DNA from: Antedon mediterranea
Taxonomy: Eukaryota > Animalia > Echinodermata
Length of the DNA stretch: 64,000 nucleotides
Direction: 5' to 3'
NCBI RefSeq assembly: GCF_964355755.1
Contig: NC_092674.1
Span: 25,606,001-25,670,000, forward strand
Under the pieces are notes generated by a model, which was given only the letters and a program-made list of their open reading frames with translations, searched no databases and was not told the DNA's origin. Position numbers and translations under genes: made by a program. The first letter of the stretch is position 1. Every line of letters begins with the position of its first letter. Shown here one piece after another: positions 1 through 13,412 of the stretch.

Positions 1-804
1 AACATAACAATGGATGTATTGTTTGATTGGATTTAGTTTGTAAAAATTAAAATCTCAGTTGTGAATTTTATTCTTAAAAAGCAAGATCCTATCCAATACT
101 ACTATACTCATTTCATTTTCAAACTTTTGTACCTCTTTACAAGTAGTCTAGGTTGTAAATGGTAATTTAGCTAAATATTAAAAAGAAAAACATTTTTGAA
201 CATTTGGTGTCATAATTATACTTGAGCTAAAATAAATTTGGTTTTTTTAAATCGAAATGCTCACTGGTGGCCCTATGTAAAAAGAAATAACAAGTCCATA
301 CATAAGCATTATTATCTGTATTTTGTAGTTAGATTGATGGTACAGATATGTCAGATAATAGTTCAGATTGGTTTTAGTGCCAAAATAGCTTCTTTTTTTT
401 CTTTTACTTTAAGTTGCTGAATTAAAAAAGTTAGGTGTAATTTTTTCGACCACCCTTTCATTCAGCTGCCATTAGAAAAAAATATATGGCACCGAAGATT
501 GTGCTGGGAAACAGAATAAACGTTCTAAAGTTACACTTGATTTGGCTCTTAATAATATTGTAGTACAGGATCGTTTTTGGTGTTCTGCCCTTTAGTTTTT
601 AATAATTTTATATTTGTCTTGCTTGCAGTAAATGAAATAAATAGTATTGTATAAACTTCAGAAAGTTATCAGGTTTGAGGTTCAAACTTTAGATCCATGG
701 GACCCTCAACATGTAGTTATTTTATTGATATTAACTTCTACTTTTTTTAAACAAAGACTTTGTATGAAAAAATGATAATTAAAAACTTTGATTACAGATT
801 CAAC

Positions 805-1614
805 ATGTTGCTTGCAATTAGTATCATTTACATCATGGTGATCCAATCAGCCGCTCTAGCAGAACCTGAAGCTTGTAATAGTTGTTGTAGTGCTGGGGTT
901 CCTGGCATTCCAGGACATCATGGTAATCCAGGCGCAATTGGACCACAAGGAATAAATGGAGAAAAGGGAATAAAAGGAGAATATGGAGAACAAGGAATGA
1001 ATGGACAACACGGAATGAAAGGAGAAAATGGACTGAAAGGAGAACAAGGACTGAAAGGAGAACAAGGAATGAATGGAGAACAAGGACTTAAAGGTGATAA
1101 TGGAAAGAATGGACTAGATGGGATTCCAGGGAAATTAGGACCACAGGGACCACGAGGACCTATTGGGCTACCAGGTGCAATTGGCGCAAAAGGTGAAAAA
1201 GGTGAACAAACCAATATAACTAAATCAGCCTTTACAGTAGCTTTTAAAAGACCCCCAGGTCGTCCTAATGGCCCGTTAAAGTATGACACAACAATTACAA
1301 ATTTAGGAAGTCACTACAACACTGAAACAGGCAAGTTTGTCTGTGAAATTCCAGGTGTTTATGTATTTCAAGTCACGTCACAAAAAACTTCAGGACCTAG
1401 TAAAGTAGGAACAGCAATGATCAGAAATGGGAACCGTCAAGTTTCCACAATGACACATTCTGATACATATAGTTCAGTAAGCACAATGGTGGTACTTGAT
1501 CTAGTAGTAGGTGATGAAGTATGGACTGAACCATTTAATTCACAATATAACTATTACTATGGTCACAGCAATGGATATTGCTCATTCTCAGGTTTCTTGC
1601 TTTATCCATCCTAA
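805..1614 (+). CDS. Secreted collagen-like C1q-domain protein (C1qTNF/adiponectin-type architecture), copy 1, 269 aa
   Basis: Splice acceptor ttacAG at 796-797, then ATG 805. Hydrophobic leader MLLAISIIYIMVIQSAALA, Cys motif CNSCC, 35 Gly-X-Y triplets, and gC1q motifs SAF, YNTETGKFVCEIPGVYVF, LDLVVGDEVW, FSGFLLYP. The 15 upstream codons in the ORF track are probably intronic. Confidence 0.93.
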   Translation: MLLAISIIYIMVIQSAALAEPEACNSCCSAGVPGIPGHHGNPGAIGPQGINGEKGIKGEYGEQGMNGQHGMKGENGLKGEQGLKGEQGMNGEQGLKGDNGKNGLDGIPGKLGPQGPRGPIGLPGAIGAKGEKGEQTNITKSAFTVAFKRPPGRPNGPLKYDTTITNLGSHYNTETGKFVCEIPGVYVFQVTSQKTSGPSKVGTAMIRNGNRQVSTMTHSDTYSSVSTMVVLDLVVGDEVWTEPFNSQYNYYYGHSNGYCSFSGFLLYPS

Positions 1615-1955
1615 AGTTTCTACTCAACCAAGAAAGCAGTTATAAATAGGAATACAATTCAATCACTGAGATAAATATAAATACCTAGGTAAAGTGAAAT
1701 GTCAATGTATTTACAATGGAGGAATTATACCATTGTAATCATACATTTCAGTTTTATTTTAATGTACACAAATAATAAAACATAAAAGCTATAATTCTAA
1801 AGGCTGAAGATATAGTACAGTATGATACTAGTCTAGTTGAAACCAAAAAGTCAAAGAAGACTAAAAGTTATCTGAATTACAACATAATGAATATATTTAA
1901 ATGCATGTTATTATTAATAATTAATATACAGTATGTTTAAATGTATTTTACTTAA

Positions 1956-2385
1956 AGATGTATTGTCCCTTGAAACACAAAAAAATGAAGGTCAAAATAT
2001 TCTAAATTTAAAGTGGCCATATCAAAGTAATATTAAAGTTATTCACTTTAAGTCGAAAATTTAAGCCAAAACAACAAGTTTACGTAATTAACAGGTAAAT
2101 TAGTTTGATTACATTTCATCTGGAAAATCGTCACGAGCGAAAGTAAACAAAGATTTCAAACCATGAGTACGCATTATGCATGCCAAATTAGGATTGTTTA
2201 CAACTCGTCACGGTTAAGAAGGTATTTTCACACAGATCATGAAGAAGTTTTATGATTATGCATACAGAGTATATATAGCCAAACAAGCGCGTTTCATTAT
2301 GGGATATATTTTGATTGAAAACTTTGACTGGAAGTCAAAGTTATTTTTTTAACAAAAAAACGTCTGTATTTCAGATAAATTTTTT
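1956..2385 (+). mobile_element. One-ended fragment of a TTAA-flanked (Kolobok-like) non-autonomous DNA element; second copy at ~18454-18885
   Basis: Begins ttaa|AGATGTATTGTCCC, the same terminus as the complete elements at 27291 and 50040. Present only downstream of copies 1 and 5. Right boundary approximate. Confidence 0.6.
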
Positions 2386-3075
2386 TTATACAGTATATGT
2401 TTAAATGCATGTTATTATTACTCAATAAAATAAAAGCAACAAATATTCATGTTTTATTTTAAGTTATTGATATTAATGCTTCTGTTCATATTTCAAGTTT
2501 AAACTTCATAATTGAAAGTTCTAAGAATTTGTCTCTCCAACTTGTCACAGTCACCAAACGATAGCATTCTGGATAGTCATGATTACAAAATATTAAACGC
2601 AAGCATTGAAAATAGAGTTACTGTATGTTAATGTTAACATAGAGCAGGGAAGAGACTCTTTCTTGGTATAGAGCCAACTCCTAATATTCTACTGTACATT
2701 ATAATACTCCTGGTCTTGTGTTGAGAGATAAAGCTAGATCCTGCAAAGTATATTGTATTTTACTTAATAAATAAAAGATATACGGAAACAAATACTGTCT
2801 GCTTAATTTTCTAAAAATTTTTTTTATTTGTTACAAATTCAATTTTACAGCGACAAAATCACCACAAAAAACTTTCAGATGGTACAGTATATCAATATTA
2901 GTCTAGATTGAATAAGGATAAATGCCAACAAAATCGGTTCACTTTCATTGTTATCGTAACATGAACATCTAGCAACTTTACTGATAAGCGATTTATCAAC
3001 TAATGAAACAGTTTGAAAGATTAAAGAATAAATTGTTCATTAAATCACAACATGATGCTGTGAGGAAAAGTATTT

Positions 3076-3600
3076 ATGGGTGATAATGGAAAGAATGGAC
3101 TAGATGGGATACCAGGGAAATTAGGACCACAGGGACCTCGAGGACCTTTTGGGCTACCAGGTTCAAATGGTGCAAAAGGTGAAAAGGGTGAACAAACCAA
3201 TATTACTAAATCAGCCTTTACAGTAGCTTTTAAAAGAAGCCCAGGTCGTCCTACTGGCCCGTTAAAGTATGACACAACAATTACAAATTTAGGAAGTCAC
3301 TACAACACTGAAACAGGCAAGTTTGTCTGTGAAATGCCAGGTGTTTATGTATTCCAAGTCACGTCAGCAAAACCTTCAGGAACTGGTAAAGTAGGAACAA
3401 CAATGAAGAGAAATGGAATCATTCAAGTTTCCACACGGACAGAATCTGATAGAGTTAGTTCGGTAAGCACAATGGTGATACTTGATTTAGTAGTAGGTGA
3501 TGAAGTATGGACTGAGCCATTTGGTTCAAGCTTTAACTATTACTATAGTAACAGCAGTGGATATTGCTCATTCTCAGGTTTCTTGCTTTATCCATCCTAG
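3076..3600 (+). pseudogene. 5'-deleted C1q copy with an open frame (174 aa): no TATA, exon 1, intron or signal peptide, but an intact gC1q domain
   Basis: Upstream flank ...gaggaaaagtattta is joined directly to mid-collagen ggtgataatggaaag. About 1.7 kb of a normal unit (cf. 4631-6353) is missing, and an in-frame ATG lies at the junction. Confidence 0.8.
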
Positions 3601-4740
3601 GTTTGCTACTCAACCAAGAAAGCAGTATAAATAGAATACTTAATAATATTAATGAGGAATGATAATCACCATTTATTAATATACATTTCTGTTTTATTTT
3701 ATTGTACACAAATAATGAAACTAATAAAATAAATATTTTTATATATATACAGAATTTCTCCTTTGGCGATCAATAATAAAATTATTCTGATTGTCTGATT
3801 CTAAAACCTATAATTCTGAGGCTGAAGATATAGTACAGTATGATGCTATTCTAGTAATATAATTTTAAAAAGTCAAATAAGACTAAAAATTATCTGAATT
3901 ACAACATAATGAATATAAACAGTATATGTTTAAATAAAAGTTATTATTAACCAATAAATACAAGCAACAAATTCAATTCATTCAATGTTTTATTTTAATT
4001 AATTGATAATAATGCTTCTTTTCATATTTCAAGTTTAAACTTCATAAATTAAAGTTCTAAAGAATTTGTCCAAATGTCATGCAGTGTCCACCTTGTCACA
4101 GTCACTAAACTATAACATTCTGGATAGTTTTTTAAATGATAACAAAATATTAAACACAAGCATTAAAAATACGAGTAAATGGAAAACATAGAGCAGGGAA
4201 GAGAATCTTTCTTGGTATTTTTCTTGTATCTACTGTACATTATTATACTCCTGGTCTTGTGTTGAGAGATAAAGCTATAGGTCTTGCAAAGTATATGTAT
4301 TTTACTTAATAATTAAAAGGGTTACAAAAATAAGACTAATGAAATACAGAAACCAATAATGTCTTAATTTTCTAAAAATAATTTTTTTTTACAAATTCAA
4401 TTTTACAGCGGCATGAAATCACCACAACAAAGTTTCAGATGGTATATAAATATTAGTCTAGATGGAATAAGGATAAATGCCAACAAAATCTGTTCACTTT
4501 CATTGTTATCGTAACATGAACATCTAGCGACTTACTGCTAAGCGATTTATCAACTGATGAAACAGTTGGAAAGATTAAAGAATAAATTGTTCATTAAATC
4601 ACAACATGACGCTGTGAGGAAAAGTATTTAACGAAAGATAAATAAGTTGGTAATCGCAGTATTTGTTGCGATACTGGCCGGATGTTCATTTTTTTTATCA
4701 TTTAAAATGTATAAACCATATCGTGTTTACAAAATTGAAC

Positions 4741-4900
4741 AATGACGTGTATATCTAACAGCTTGAAAATGGATTTATAAATACAGAGAAAAACAACATT
4801 GTATTTATTAATACAGCAACAAGTCAAAGGAAAACATCCAGTTTACTGATCAACAGAAAGTACTAAACATTCTAGAAATAAAAAGTGATCTTGGGTAAGT
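4741..4900 (+). promoter_or_regulatory. Putative core promoter and non-coding exon 1 of the C1q unit; equivalent donors at 8171, 11464, 15977 and 21553
   Basis: TGACGT at 4743, TATAAA at 4776-4781, and a consensus donor G|GTAAGT at 4895 that pairs with the acceptor at 6093-6094 just before the ATG. Several GATA motifs lie upstream. TSS is inferred. Confidence 0.65.
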
Positions 4901-6101
4901 ACATTATTATTATTCAGTATATTGTTTTACTTTATGTAATAATAATAATATTCAATACTGTTATAGTTCTTTATACCTGACAACCAACAGTGGGTCAGTA
5001 CAAACAGGATCAATTGACTTGAACAACACTCTAAACAACTATAGTATTAATTAACATAAAGTGATTTAGTGTTGGTGGGAGAAATAATATCAAATTAAAA
5101 TCTCCCAGTTGTAAATTTGATTCTTTAAAAAGAAGATCCTACTTTAAAAAGCAAGATCCTACTTTACTCATTCCATTTTCTAACTTGTGTATCTCTTACT
5201 GTACATGCACCTCTAGTCTAGGTTGTATAGAGATGTTGATTTGTGGTCTAATTGCTTGAGTAATACTCTAAACTAACTAGAACTAGTGTATAACATAACA
5301 ATGGATGTATTGTTTGATTGGATTTAGTTTGTAAAAATTAAAATCTCAGTTGTGAATTTTATTCTTAAAAAGCAAGATCCAATCCAACACTTCTATACTC
5401 ATTTCATTTTCAAACTTTTGTACCTCTTTACAAGTAGTCTAGGTTGTAAATGGTGATTTAGCTAAATATTAAAAAGAAAAACATTTTGGAAAATTTGGTG
5501 TCATAATTATAATTTAGCTAAAATTAATTTGGTTTTTTTTAAATCGAAATGCTCACTGGTGGCCCTATGTAAAAAGAAATAACAAGTCCATACAAAGGCA
5601 TTATTATCTGTATTTTGTAGTTAGATTGATGGTACAGATATGTCAGATAATAGTTCAGATTGGTTTTAGTGCCAAAATAGCTTTTTTTGGCTACCTTTAT
5701 CTTGAGTTACTGAATTTAAAAATGTTATTTTTTTTCGACCACCCTTTCAGTTAGTTACCAACCAATATTTTGTGGAACCCAGATCAAGCTGGAAAACAGA
5801 ATAAACCTTTGTTACACTTGATTTATAGCCCATAATAATCTTGTAGTACAAGATCGTTTTTTGTGTTCTGTCCTTTTAGTTTGTAATATTTATGTAAAAA
5901 CACAAAATAAAAACTGTCTTGCAGTAAAATTAAATAAATAATATTGTATAAACTTCAGAAAGTTATCAGGTTTGAGGTTCAAACTTTAGATCCATGGGAC
6001 CCTCAACATGTAGTTATTTTATTGATATTAACTTCTACTTTTTTTAAACAAAGACTTTGTATGAAAAAATGATAATTAAAAACTTTGATTACAGATTCAA
6101 C

Positions 6102-6875
6102 ATGTTGCTTGCAATAAGTATCATTTACATCATGGTGATCCAATCAGCCGCTCTAGCGGAACCTGAAGCTTGTAATAGTTGTTGTAGTGCTGGGGTTCCT
6201 GGCATTCCAGGACATCATGGTAATCCAGGCACAATAGGACCACAAGGAATAAATGGAGAAAAGGGAATGAAAGGAGAAAATGGACAACAAGGAATGAAAG
6301 GAGAAAAAGGACTGAAAGGAGAACAAGGAATGAATGGAGAACAAGGACTTAAAGGTGATAATGGAAAGAATGGACTAGATGGGATACCAGGGAAATTAGG
6401 ACCACAGGGACCTCGAGGACCTATTGGGCTACCAGGTTCAATTGGTGCAAAAGGTGAAAAGGGTGAACAAACCAATATTACTAAATCAGCCTTTACAGTA
6501 GCTTTTAAAAGAAGCCCAGGTCGTCCTACTGGCCCGTTAAAGTATGACACAACAATTACAAATGTAGGAAGTCACTACAACACTGAAACAGGCAAGTTTG
6601 TCTGTGAAATTCCAGGTGTGTATGTATTTCAAGTCACGTCACAAAAAACTTCAGGAACTGGTAGAGTAGGAACAACAATGATGAGAAATGGAATCATTCA
6701 AGTTTCCACACGGACAGAATCTGATACATATAGTTCAGTAAGCACAATGGTGATACTTGATTTAGTAGTAGGTGATGAAGTATGGACTGAGCCATTTGGT
6801 TCAAGCTATAACTATTACTATAGTAACAGCTATGGATATTGCTCATTCTCAGGTTTCTTGCTTTATCCATCCTAG
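6102..6875 (+). CDS. Secreted collagen-like C1q-domain protein, copy 2, 257 aa
   Basis: Same architecture as copy 1 with 31 Gly-X-Y triplets; acceptor at 6093-6094. Confidence 0.93.
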   Translation: MLLAISIIYIMVIQSAALAEPEACNSCCSAGVPGIPGHHGNPGTIGPQGINGEKGMKGENGQQGMKGEKGLKGEQGMNGEQGLKGDNGKNGLDGIPGKLGPQGPRGPIGLPGSIGAKGEKGEQTNITKSAFTVAFKRSPGRPTGPLKYDTTITNVGSHYNTETGKFVCEIPGVYVFQVTSQKTSGTGRVGTTMMRNGIIQVSTRTESDTYSSVSTMVILDLVVGDEVWTEPFGSSYNYYYSNSYGYCSFSGFLLYPS

Positions 6876-9349
6876 GTTTGTTACTCAACCAAGAACACAG
6901 TATAAATAGAATACTTAATATTAATGAGGAATGATAATCACCCTTTATTAATATACATTTCTGTTTTATTTTATTGTACACAAATAATTAAACTAATAAA
7001 ATAAATATTTTTATATATATACAGAATTTCTCCTTTGGCGATCAATAATAAAATTATTCTGATTGTCTGATTCTAAAACCTATAATTCTGAGGCTGAAGA
7101 TATAGTACAGTATGATGCTATTCTAGTAATATAATTTTAAAAAGTCAAATAAGACTAAAAATTATCTGAATTACAACATAATGAATATATACAGTATGTT
7201 TAAATAAAAGTTATTATTAACCAATAAAATACAAGCAACAAATTCAATTTATTCAATGTTTATTTTAATTAATTGATAATAATGCTTCTTTTCCTATTTC
7301 AAGTTTAAACTTCATAAATTAAAGTTCTAAAGAATTTGTCCAAATGTCGTGCAGTGTCCACCTTGTCACAGTCACCAAACTATAGCATTCTGGATAGTTT
7401 TTTAAATGATAACAAAATATTAAACGCAAGCATTAAAAATACGAGTAAATAGAAAACATAGAGCAGGGAAGAGACTCTTTCTTGGTATTTTTCTTGTATC
7501 TACTGTACATTATTTAATATTATACTCCTGGTTTTGTGTTGAGAGATAAAGCTATAGGTCCTGCAAAGTATATGTATTTTACTTAATAAATAAAAGGGTT
7601 ACAAAAATAAGACTAATGAAATACAGAAACCAATAATGTCTGCTTAATTTTCTAAAAATAATTTTTTTTACAAATTCAATTTTACAGCCACATGCACCCC
7701 AAAAAATTTTTAGATGGTATATCAATATTAGTATAAATGGAATAAGGATAAATGCCAACAAAATTGGTTCACTTTCATTGTTATCGTAACATGAACATCT
7801 AGCGACTTTACTGCTAAGCGATTTATCAACTGATGAAACAGTTGGAAAGATTAAAGAATAAATTGTTCATTAAATCACAACATGACGCTGTTAGGAAAAG
7901 TATTTAACGAAAGATAAATAAGTTGGTAATCGCAGTATTTGTTGCGATACTGGCCGGATGTTCATTTTTTTTATCATTTAAAATGTATAAACCATATCAT
8001 GTTTACAAAATTGAAAAATGACGTGTATATCTAACAGCTTGAAAATGGATTAATAAATACAGAGAAAAACAACATTGCATTTATTGATACATCAACAAGT
8101 CAAAGGGAAACATCCAGTTTACTGATCGACAGAAAGTACCAAACATTCTAGGAATAAAAAGTGATCTTGGGTAAGTACATTAATATTATTCAGTATTGTT
8201 TTACTTTATGTAATAATAATTAATGAAAATAATAATGTTATAGTTATTTATACCCGACAACCAAATTGCAGTTGGTCAGTATAAACAGGATCAATTGACT
8301 TGAACAATACTCTAAACAACTACAGTATTAATTAACATAAAAGTGATTTAGTTTTGGTGGGAGTTAGAAATGATGTTAAATTAAAACCCCAGTTGTAAAT
8401 TTGATTCTTTAAAAGGCAAGATCCTACTTTACTCATTCCATTTTCTAACTTGTGTATCTCTTACTGTACATGCACCTCTAGTCTAGGTTGTATAGAGATG
8501 ATGATTTGTGGTCTTATTGCTTAAGTATTACTCTAAACTAACTAGAACTAGTGTATAACATAATAATGGGTGTATGGTTTGATTGGATTTAGTTTGTAAA
8601 AATTAAAATCTCAGTTGTGAATTTTATTCTTAAAAAGCAAGATCCTATCTAATACTACTATACTCATTTCATTTTCAAACTTTTGTACCTCTTTACAAGT
8701 AGTCTAGGTTGTAAATGGTAATTTAGCTAAATATTAAAAAGAAAAACATTTTTGAACATTTGGTGTCATAATTATACTTGAGCTAAAATTAATTTGGTTT
8801 TTTAAATCGAAATACTCACTGGTGGCCCTATGTAAAAAGAAATAACAAGTCCATACAAAAGCATTATTATCTGTATTTTGTAGTTAGATTGATGGTACAG
8901 ATATGTCAGATAATAGTTCAGATTGGTTTTAGTGCCAAAATAGCTTCTTTTTTTTCTTTTACTGAATTAAAAAAGTTAGGTGTAATTTTTTCGACCACCC
9001 TTTCATTCAGCTGCCATTAGAAAAAAATATATGGCACCGAAGATTGTGCTGGGAAACAGAATAAACGTTCTAAAGTTACACTTGATTTGGCTCTTAATAA
9101 TATTGTAGTACAGGATCGTTTTTGGTGTTCTGCCCTTTAGTTTTTAATAATTTTATATTTGTCTTGCTTGCAGTAAATGAAATAAATAGTATTGTATAAA
9201 CTTCAGAAAGTTATCAGGTTTGAGGTTCAAACTTTAGATCCAAGGGACCCTCAACATGTAGTTATTTTATTGATATTAACTTCTACTTTTTTTAAACAAA
9301 GACTTTGTATGAAAAAATGATAATTAAAAACTTTGATTATAGATTCAAC

Positions 9350-10168
9350 ATGTTGCTTGCAATTAGTATCATTTACATCATGGTGATCCAATCAGCCGCT
9401 CTAGCGGAACCTGAAGCTTGTAATAGTTGTTGTAGTGCTGGGGTTCCTGGCATTCCAGGACATCATGGTAATCCAGGCGCAATTGGACCACAAGGAATAA
9501 ATGGAGAAAAGGGAATAAAAGGAGAATATGGAGAACAAGGAATGAATGGACAACACGGAATGAAAGGAGAAAATGGACAACAAGGAATGAAAGGAGAAAA
9601 AGGACTGAAAGGAGAACAAGGAATGAATGGAGAACAAGGACTTAAAGGTGATAATGGAAAGAATGGACTAGATGGGATTCCAGGGAAATTAGGACCACAG
9701 GGACCTCGAGGACCTATTGGGCTACCAGGTTCAATTGGTGCAAAAGGTGAAAAGGGTGAACAAACCAATATTACTAAATCAGCCTTTACAGTAGCTTTTA
9801 AAAGAAGCCCAGGTCGTCCTACTGGCCCGTTAAAGTATGACACAACAATTACAAATGTAGGAAGTCACTACAACACTGAAACAGGCAAGTTTGTCTGTGA
9901 AATTCCAGGTGTGTATGTATTCCAAGTCACGTCAGCAAAAGATGCAGGAACTGGTAAAGTAGGAACAGCAATGATGAGAAATGGAAGCCGTCAAGTTTCC
10001 ACACGGACAGAATCTGATACATATAGTTCAGTAAGCACAATGATGATACTTGATTTAGTAGTAGGTGATGAAGTATGGACTCAGCCATTTTATTCAGCAT
10101 ATAACTATTACTATAGTGACAGCAATGGATATTGCTCATTCTCAGGTTTCTTGCTTTATCCATCCTAG
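9350..10168 (+). CDS. Secreted collagen-like C1q-domain protein, copy 3, 272 aa
   Basis: Same architecture with 36 Gly-X-Y triplets; acceptor at 9341-9342. Confidence 0.93.
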   Translation: MLLAISIIYIMVIQSAALAEPEACNSCCSAGVPGIPGHHGNPGAIGPQGINGEKGIKGEYGEQGMNGQHGMKGENGQQGMKGEKGLKGEQGMNGEQGLKGDNGKNGLDGIPGKLGPQGPRGPIGLPGSIGAKGEKGEQTNITKSAFTVAFKRSPGRPTGPLKYDTTITNVGSHYNTETGKFVCEIPGVYVFQVTSAKDAGTGKVGTAMMRNGSRQVSTRTESDTYSSVSTMMILDLVVGDEVWTQPFYSAYNYYYSDSNGYCSFSGFLLYPS

Positions 10169-12635
10169 GTTTGTTACTGAACCAAGAAAGCAGTTTAAAT
10201 ACAATACTTAATATTAATGAGGAATGATAATCACCATTTATTAATATACATTTCTGTTTTATTTTATTGTACACTAATAATGAAACTAATAAAATAAATA
10301 TTTTTATATATATACAGAATTTCTCCTTTGGCGATCAATAATAAAATTATTCTGATTGTCTGATTCTAAAACCTATAATTCTGAGGCTGAAGATATAGTA
10401 CAGTATGATGCTATTCTAGTAATATAATTTTAAAAAGTCAAATAAGACTAAAAATTATCTGAATTACAACATAATGAATATAAACAGTATATGTTTAAAT
10501 AAAAGTTATTATTAACCAATAAAATACAAGCAACAAATTCAATTCATTCAATGTTTTATTTTAATTAATTGATAATAATGCTTCTTTTCATATTTCAAGT
10601 TTAAACTTCATAAATTAAAGTTCTAAAGAATTTGTCCAAATGTCGTGCAGTGTCCACCTTGTCACAGTCACTAAACTATAGCATTCTGGATAGTTTTTAA
10701 TAAATGATAACAAAATATTAAACACAAGCATTAAAAATACGAGTAAATGGAAAACATAGAGCAGGGAAGAGAATCTTTCTTGGTATTTTTCTTGTATCTA
10801 CTGTACATTATTATACTCCTGGTCTTGTGTTGAGAGATAAAGCTATAGGTCTTGCAAAGTATATGTATTTTACTTAATAATTAAAAGGGTTACAAAAATA
10901 AGACTAATGAAATACAGAAACCAATAATGTCTTAATTTTCTAAAAATAATTTTTTTTTACAAATTCAATTTTACAGCGGCATGAAATTACCACAACAAAG
11001 TTTCAGATGGTATATAAATATTAGTCTAGATGGAATAAGGATAAATGCCAACAAAATCTGTTCACTTTCATTGTTATCGTAACATGAACATCTAGCGACT
11101 TTACTGCTAAGCGATTTATCAACTGATGAAACAGTTGGAAAGATTAAAGAATAAATTGTTCATTAAATCACAACATGACGCTGTGAGGAAAAGTATTTAA
11201 CGAAAGATAAATAAGTTGGTAATCGCAGTATTTGTTGCGATACTGGCCGGATGTTCATTTTTTTTATCATTTAAAATGTATAAACCATATCGTGTTTACA
11301 AAATTGAACAATGACGTGTATATCTAACAGCTTGAAAATGGATTTATAAATACAGAGAAAAACAACATTGTATTTATTAATACAGCAACAAGTCAAAGGA
11401 AAACATCCAGTTTACTGATCAACAGAAAATACTAAACATTCTAGAAATAAAAAGTGATTCTGGGTAAGTACATTATTATTATTCAGTATTGTTTTACTTT
11501 ATGTAATAATAATAATATTCAATACTGTTATAGTTCTTTATACCTGACAACCAACAGTGGGTCAGTACAAACAGGATCAATTGACTTGAACAACACTCTA
11601 AACAACTATAGTATTAATTAACATAAAGTGATTTAGTGTTGGTGGGAGAAATAATATCAAATTAAAATCTCCCAGTTGTAAATTTGATTCTTTAAATAGC
11701 AAGATCCTACTTTACTCATTTCATTTTTAAACTTTTGTATACTCTTTACGTGCACCTCTAGTCTAGGTTGTATAGAGATGGTGATTTGTGGTCTTACTGC
11801 TTGAGTAATACTCTAAACTAACTAGAACTAGTGTATAACATAATAATGGGTGTATGGTTTGATTGGATTTAGTTTGTAAAAATTAAAATCTCAGTTGTGA
11901 ATTTTATTCTTAAAAAGCAAGATCCTATCCAATACTACTATACTCATTTCATTTTCTAACTTTTGTACCTCTTTACAAGTAGTCTAGGTTGTAAATGGTA
12001 ATTTAGCTAAATATTAAAAAGAAAAACATTTTTGAACATTTGGTGTCATAATTATACTTGAGCTAAAATTAATTTGGTTTTTTTATATAGAAATGCTCAC
12101 TGGTGGCCCTATGTAAAAAGAAATAACAAGTCCATACAAAAGCATTATTATCTGTATTTTGTAGTTAGATTGACGGTACAGATATGTCAGATAATAGTTC
12201 AGATTGGTTTTAGTGCCAAAATAGCTTCTATTTTTCTTTTACCTTAAGTTGCTGAATTAAAAAAGTTAGATGTAATTTTGTCGACCACCCTTTCATTCAG
12301 CTGCCATTAAAAAAAAATATATGGCACCGAAGATTGTGCTGGGAAACAGAATAAACGTTCTAAAGTTACACTTGATTTGCCTCTTAATAATATTGTAGTA
12401 CAGGATCATTTTTGGTGTTCTGCCTTTAGTTTTTAATAATTTTATATTTGTCTTGCTTGCAGTAAATGAAATAAATAGTATTGTATAAACTTCAGAAAGT
12501 TATCAGGTTTGAGGTTCAAACTTTAGATCCATGGGACCCTCAACATGTAGTTATTTTATTGATATTAACTTCTACTTTTTTTAAACAAAGACTTTGTATG
12601 AAATGATAATTAAAAACTTTGATTACAGATTCAAC

Positions 12636-13412
12636 ATGTTGCTTGCAATTAGTATCATTTACATCATGATGATGATCCAATCAGCCGCTCTAGCGGAACC
12701 TGAAGCTTGTAATAGTTGTAGTGCTGGGGTTCCTGGCATTCCAGGACATCATGGTAATCCAGGCACAATAGGACCACAAGGAATAAATGGAGAAAAGGGA
12801 ATGAAAGGAGAAAATGGACAACAAGGAATGAAAGGAGAAAAAGGACTGAAAGGAGAACAAGGAATGAATGGAGAACAAGGACTTAAAGGTGATAATGGAA
12901 AGAATGGCCTAGATGGGATACCAGGGAAATTAGGACCACAGGGACCTCGAGGACCTATTGGGGTACCAGGTTCAATTGGTGCAAAAGGTGAAAAGGGTGA
13001 ACAAACCAATATTACTAAATCAGCCTTTACAGTAGCTTTTAAAAGAAGCCCAGGTCGTCCTACTGGCCCGTTAAAGTATGACACAACAATTACAAATGTA
13101 GGAAGTCACTACAACACTGAAACAGGCAAGTTTGTCTGTGAAATGCCAGGTGTTTATGTATTCCAAGTCACGTCAACAAAAGCTTCAGGAACTGGTAAAG
13201 TAGGAACAGCAATGATGAGAAATGGAAGCCGTCAAGTTTCCACACGGACAGAATCTGATAGATTTAGTTCGGTAAGCACAATGGTGGTACTTGATCTAGT
13301 AGTAGGTGATGAAGTATGGACTCAGCCATTTAATTCAGCATATAACTATTACTATAGTGACAGCAATGGATATTGCTCATTCTCAGGTTTCTTGCTTTAT
13401 CCGTTATGGTAA
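12636..13412 (+). CDS. Secreted collagen-like C1q-domain protein, copy 4, 258 aa; C-terminus YPLW and stop supplied by an inserted LINE
   Basis: 31 triplets and CNSC motif. The ORF reads tat ccg tta tgg taa across the insertion junction at 13402/13403. Confidence 0.9.
   Translation: MLLAISIIYIMMMIQSAALAEPEACNSCSAGVPGIPGHHGNPGTIGPQGINGEKGMKGENGQQGMKGEKGLKGEQGMNGEQGLKGDNGKNGLDGIPGKLGPQGPRGPIGVPGSIGAKGEKGEQTNITKSAFTVAFKRSPGRPTGPLKYDTTITNVGSHYNTETGKFVCEMPGVYVFQVTSTKASGTGKVGTAMMRNGSRQVSTRTESDRFSSVSTMVVLDLVVGDEVWTQPFNSAYNYYYSDSNGYCSFSGFLLYPLW

Noticed and set aside
760-804. N-terminal extension MYEKMIIKNFDYRFN from the ORF track
   Set aside because: It starts at TTG and spans a splice acceptor; the downstream ATG gives a proper signal peptide. 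Use of the upstream in-frame ATG in an unspliced transcript is not excluded.
856-1289. Minus-strand ORFs (SPFSPC/FSFHSL-rich) over each C1q copy
   Set aside because: Antisense shadows of the Gly-X-Y codon pattern, with no independent coding evidence.
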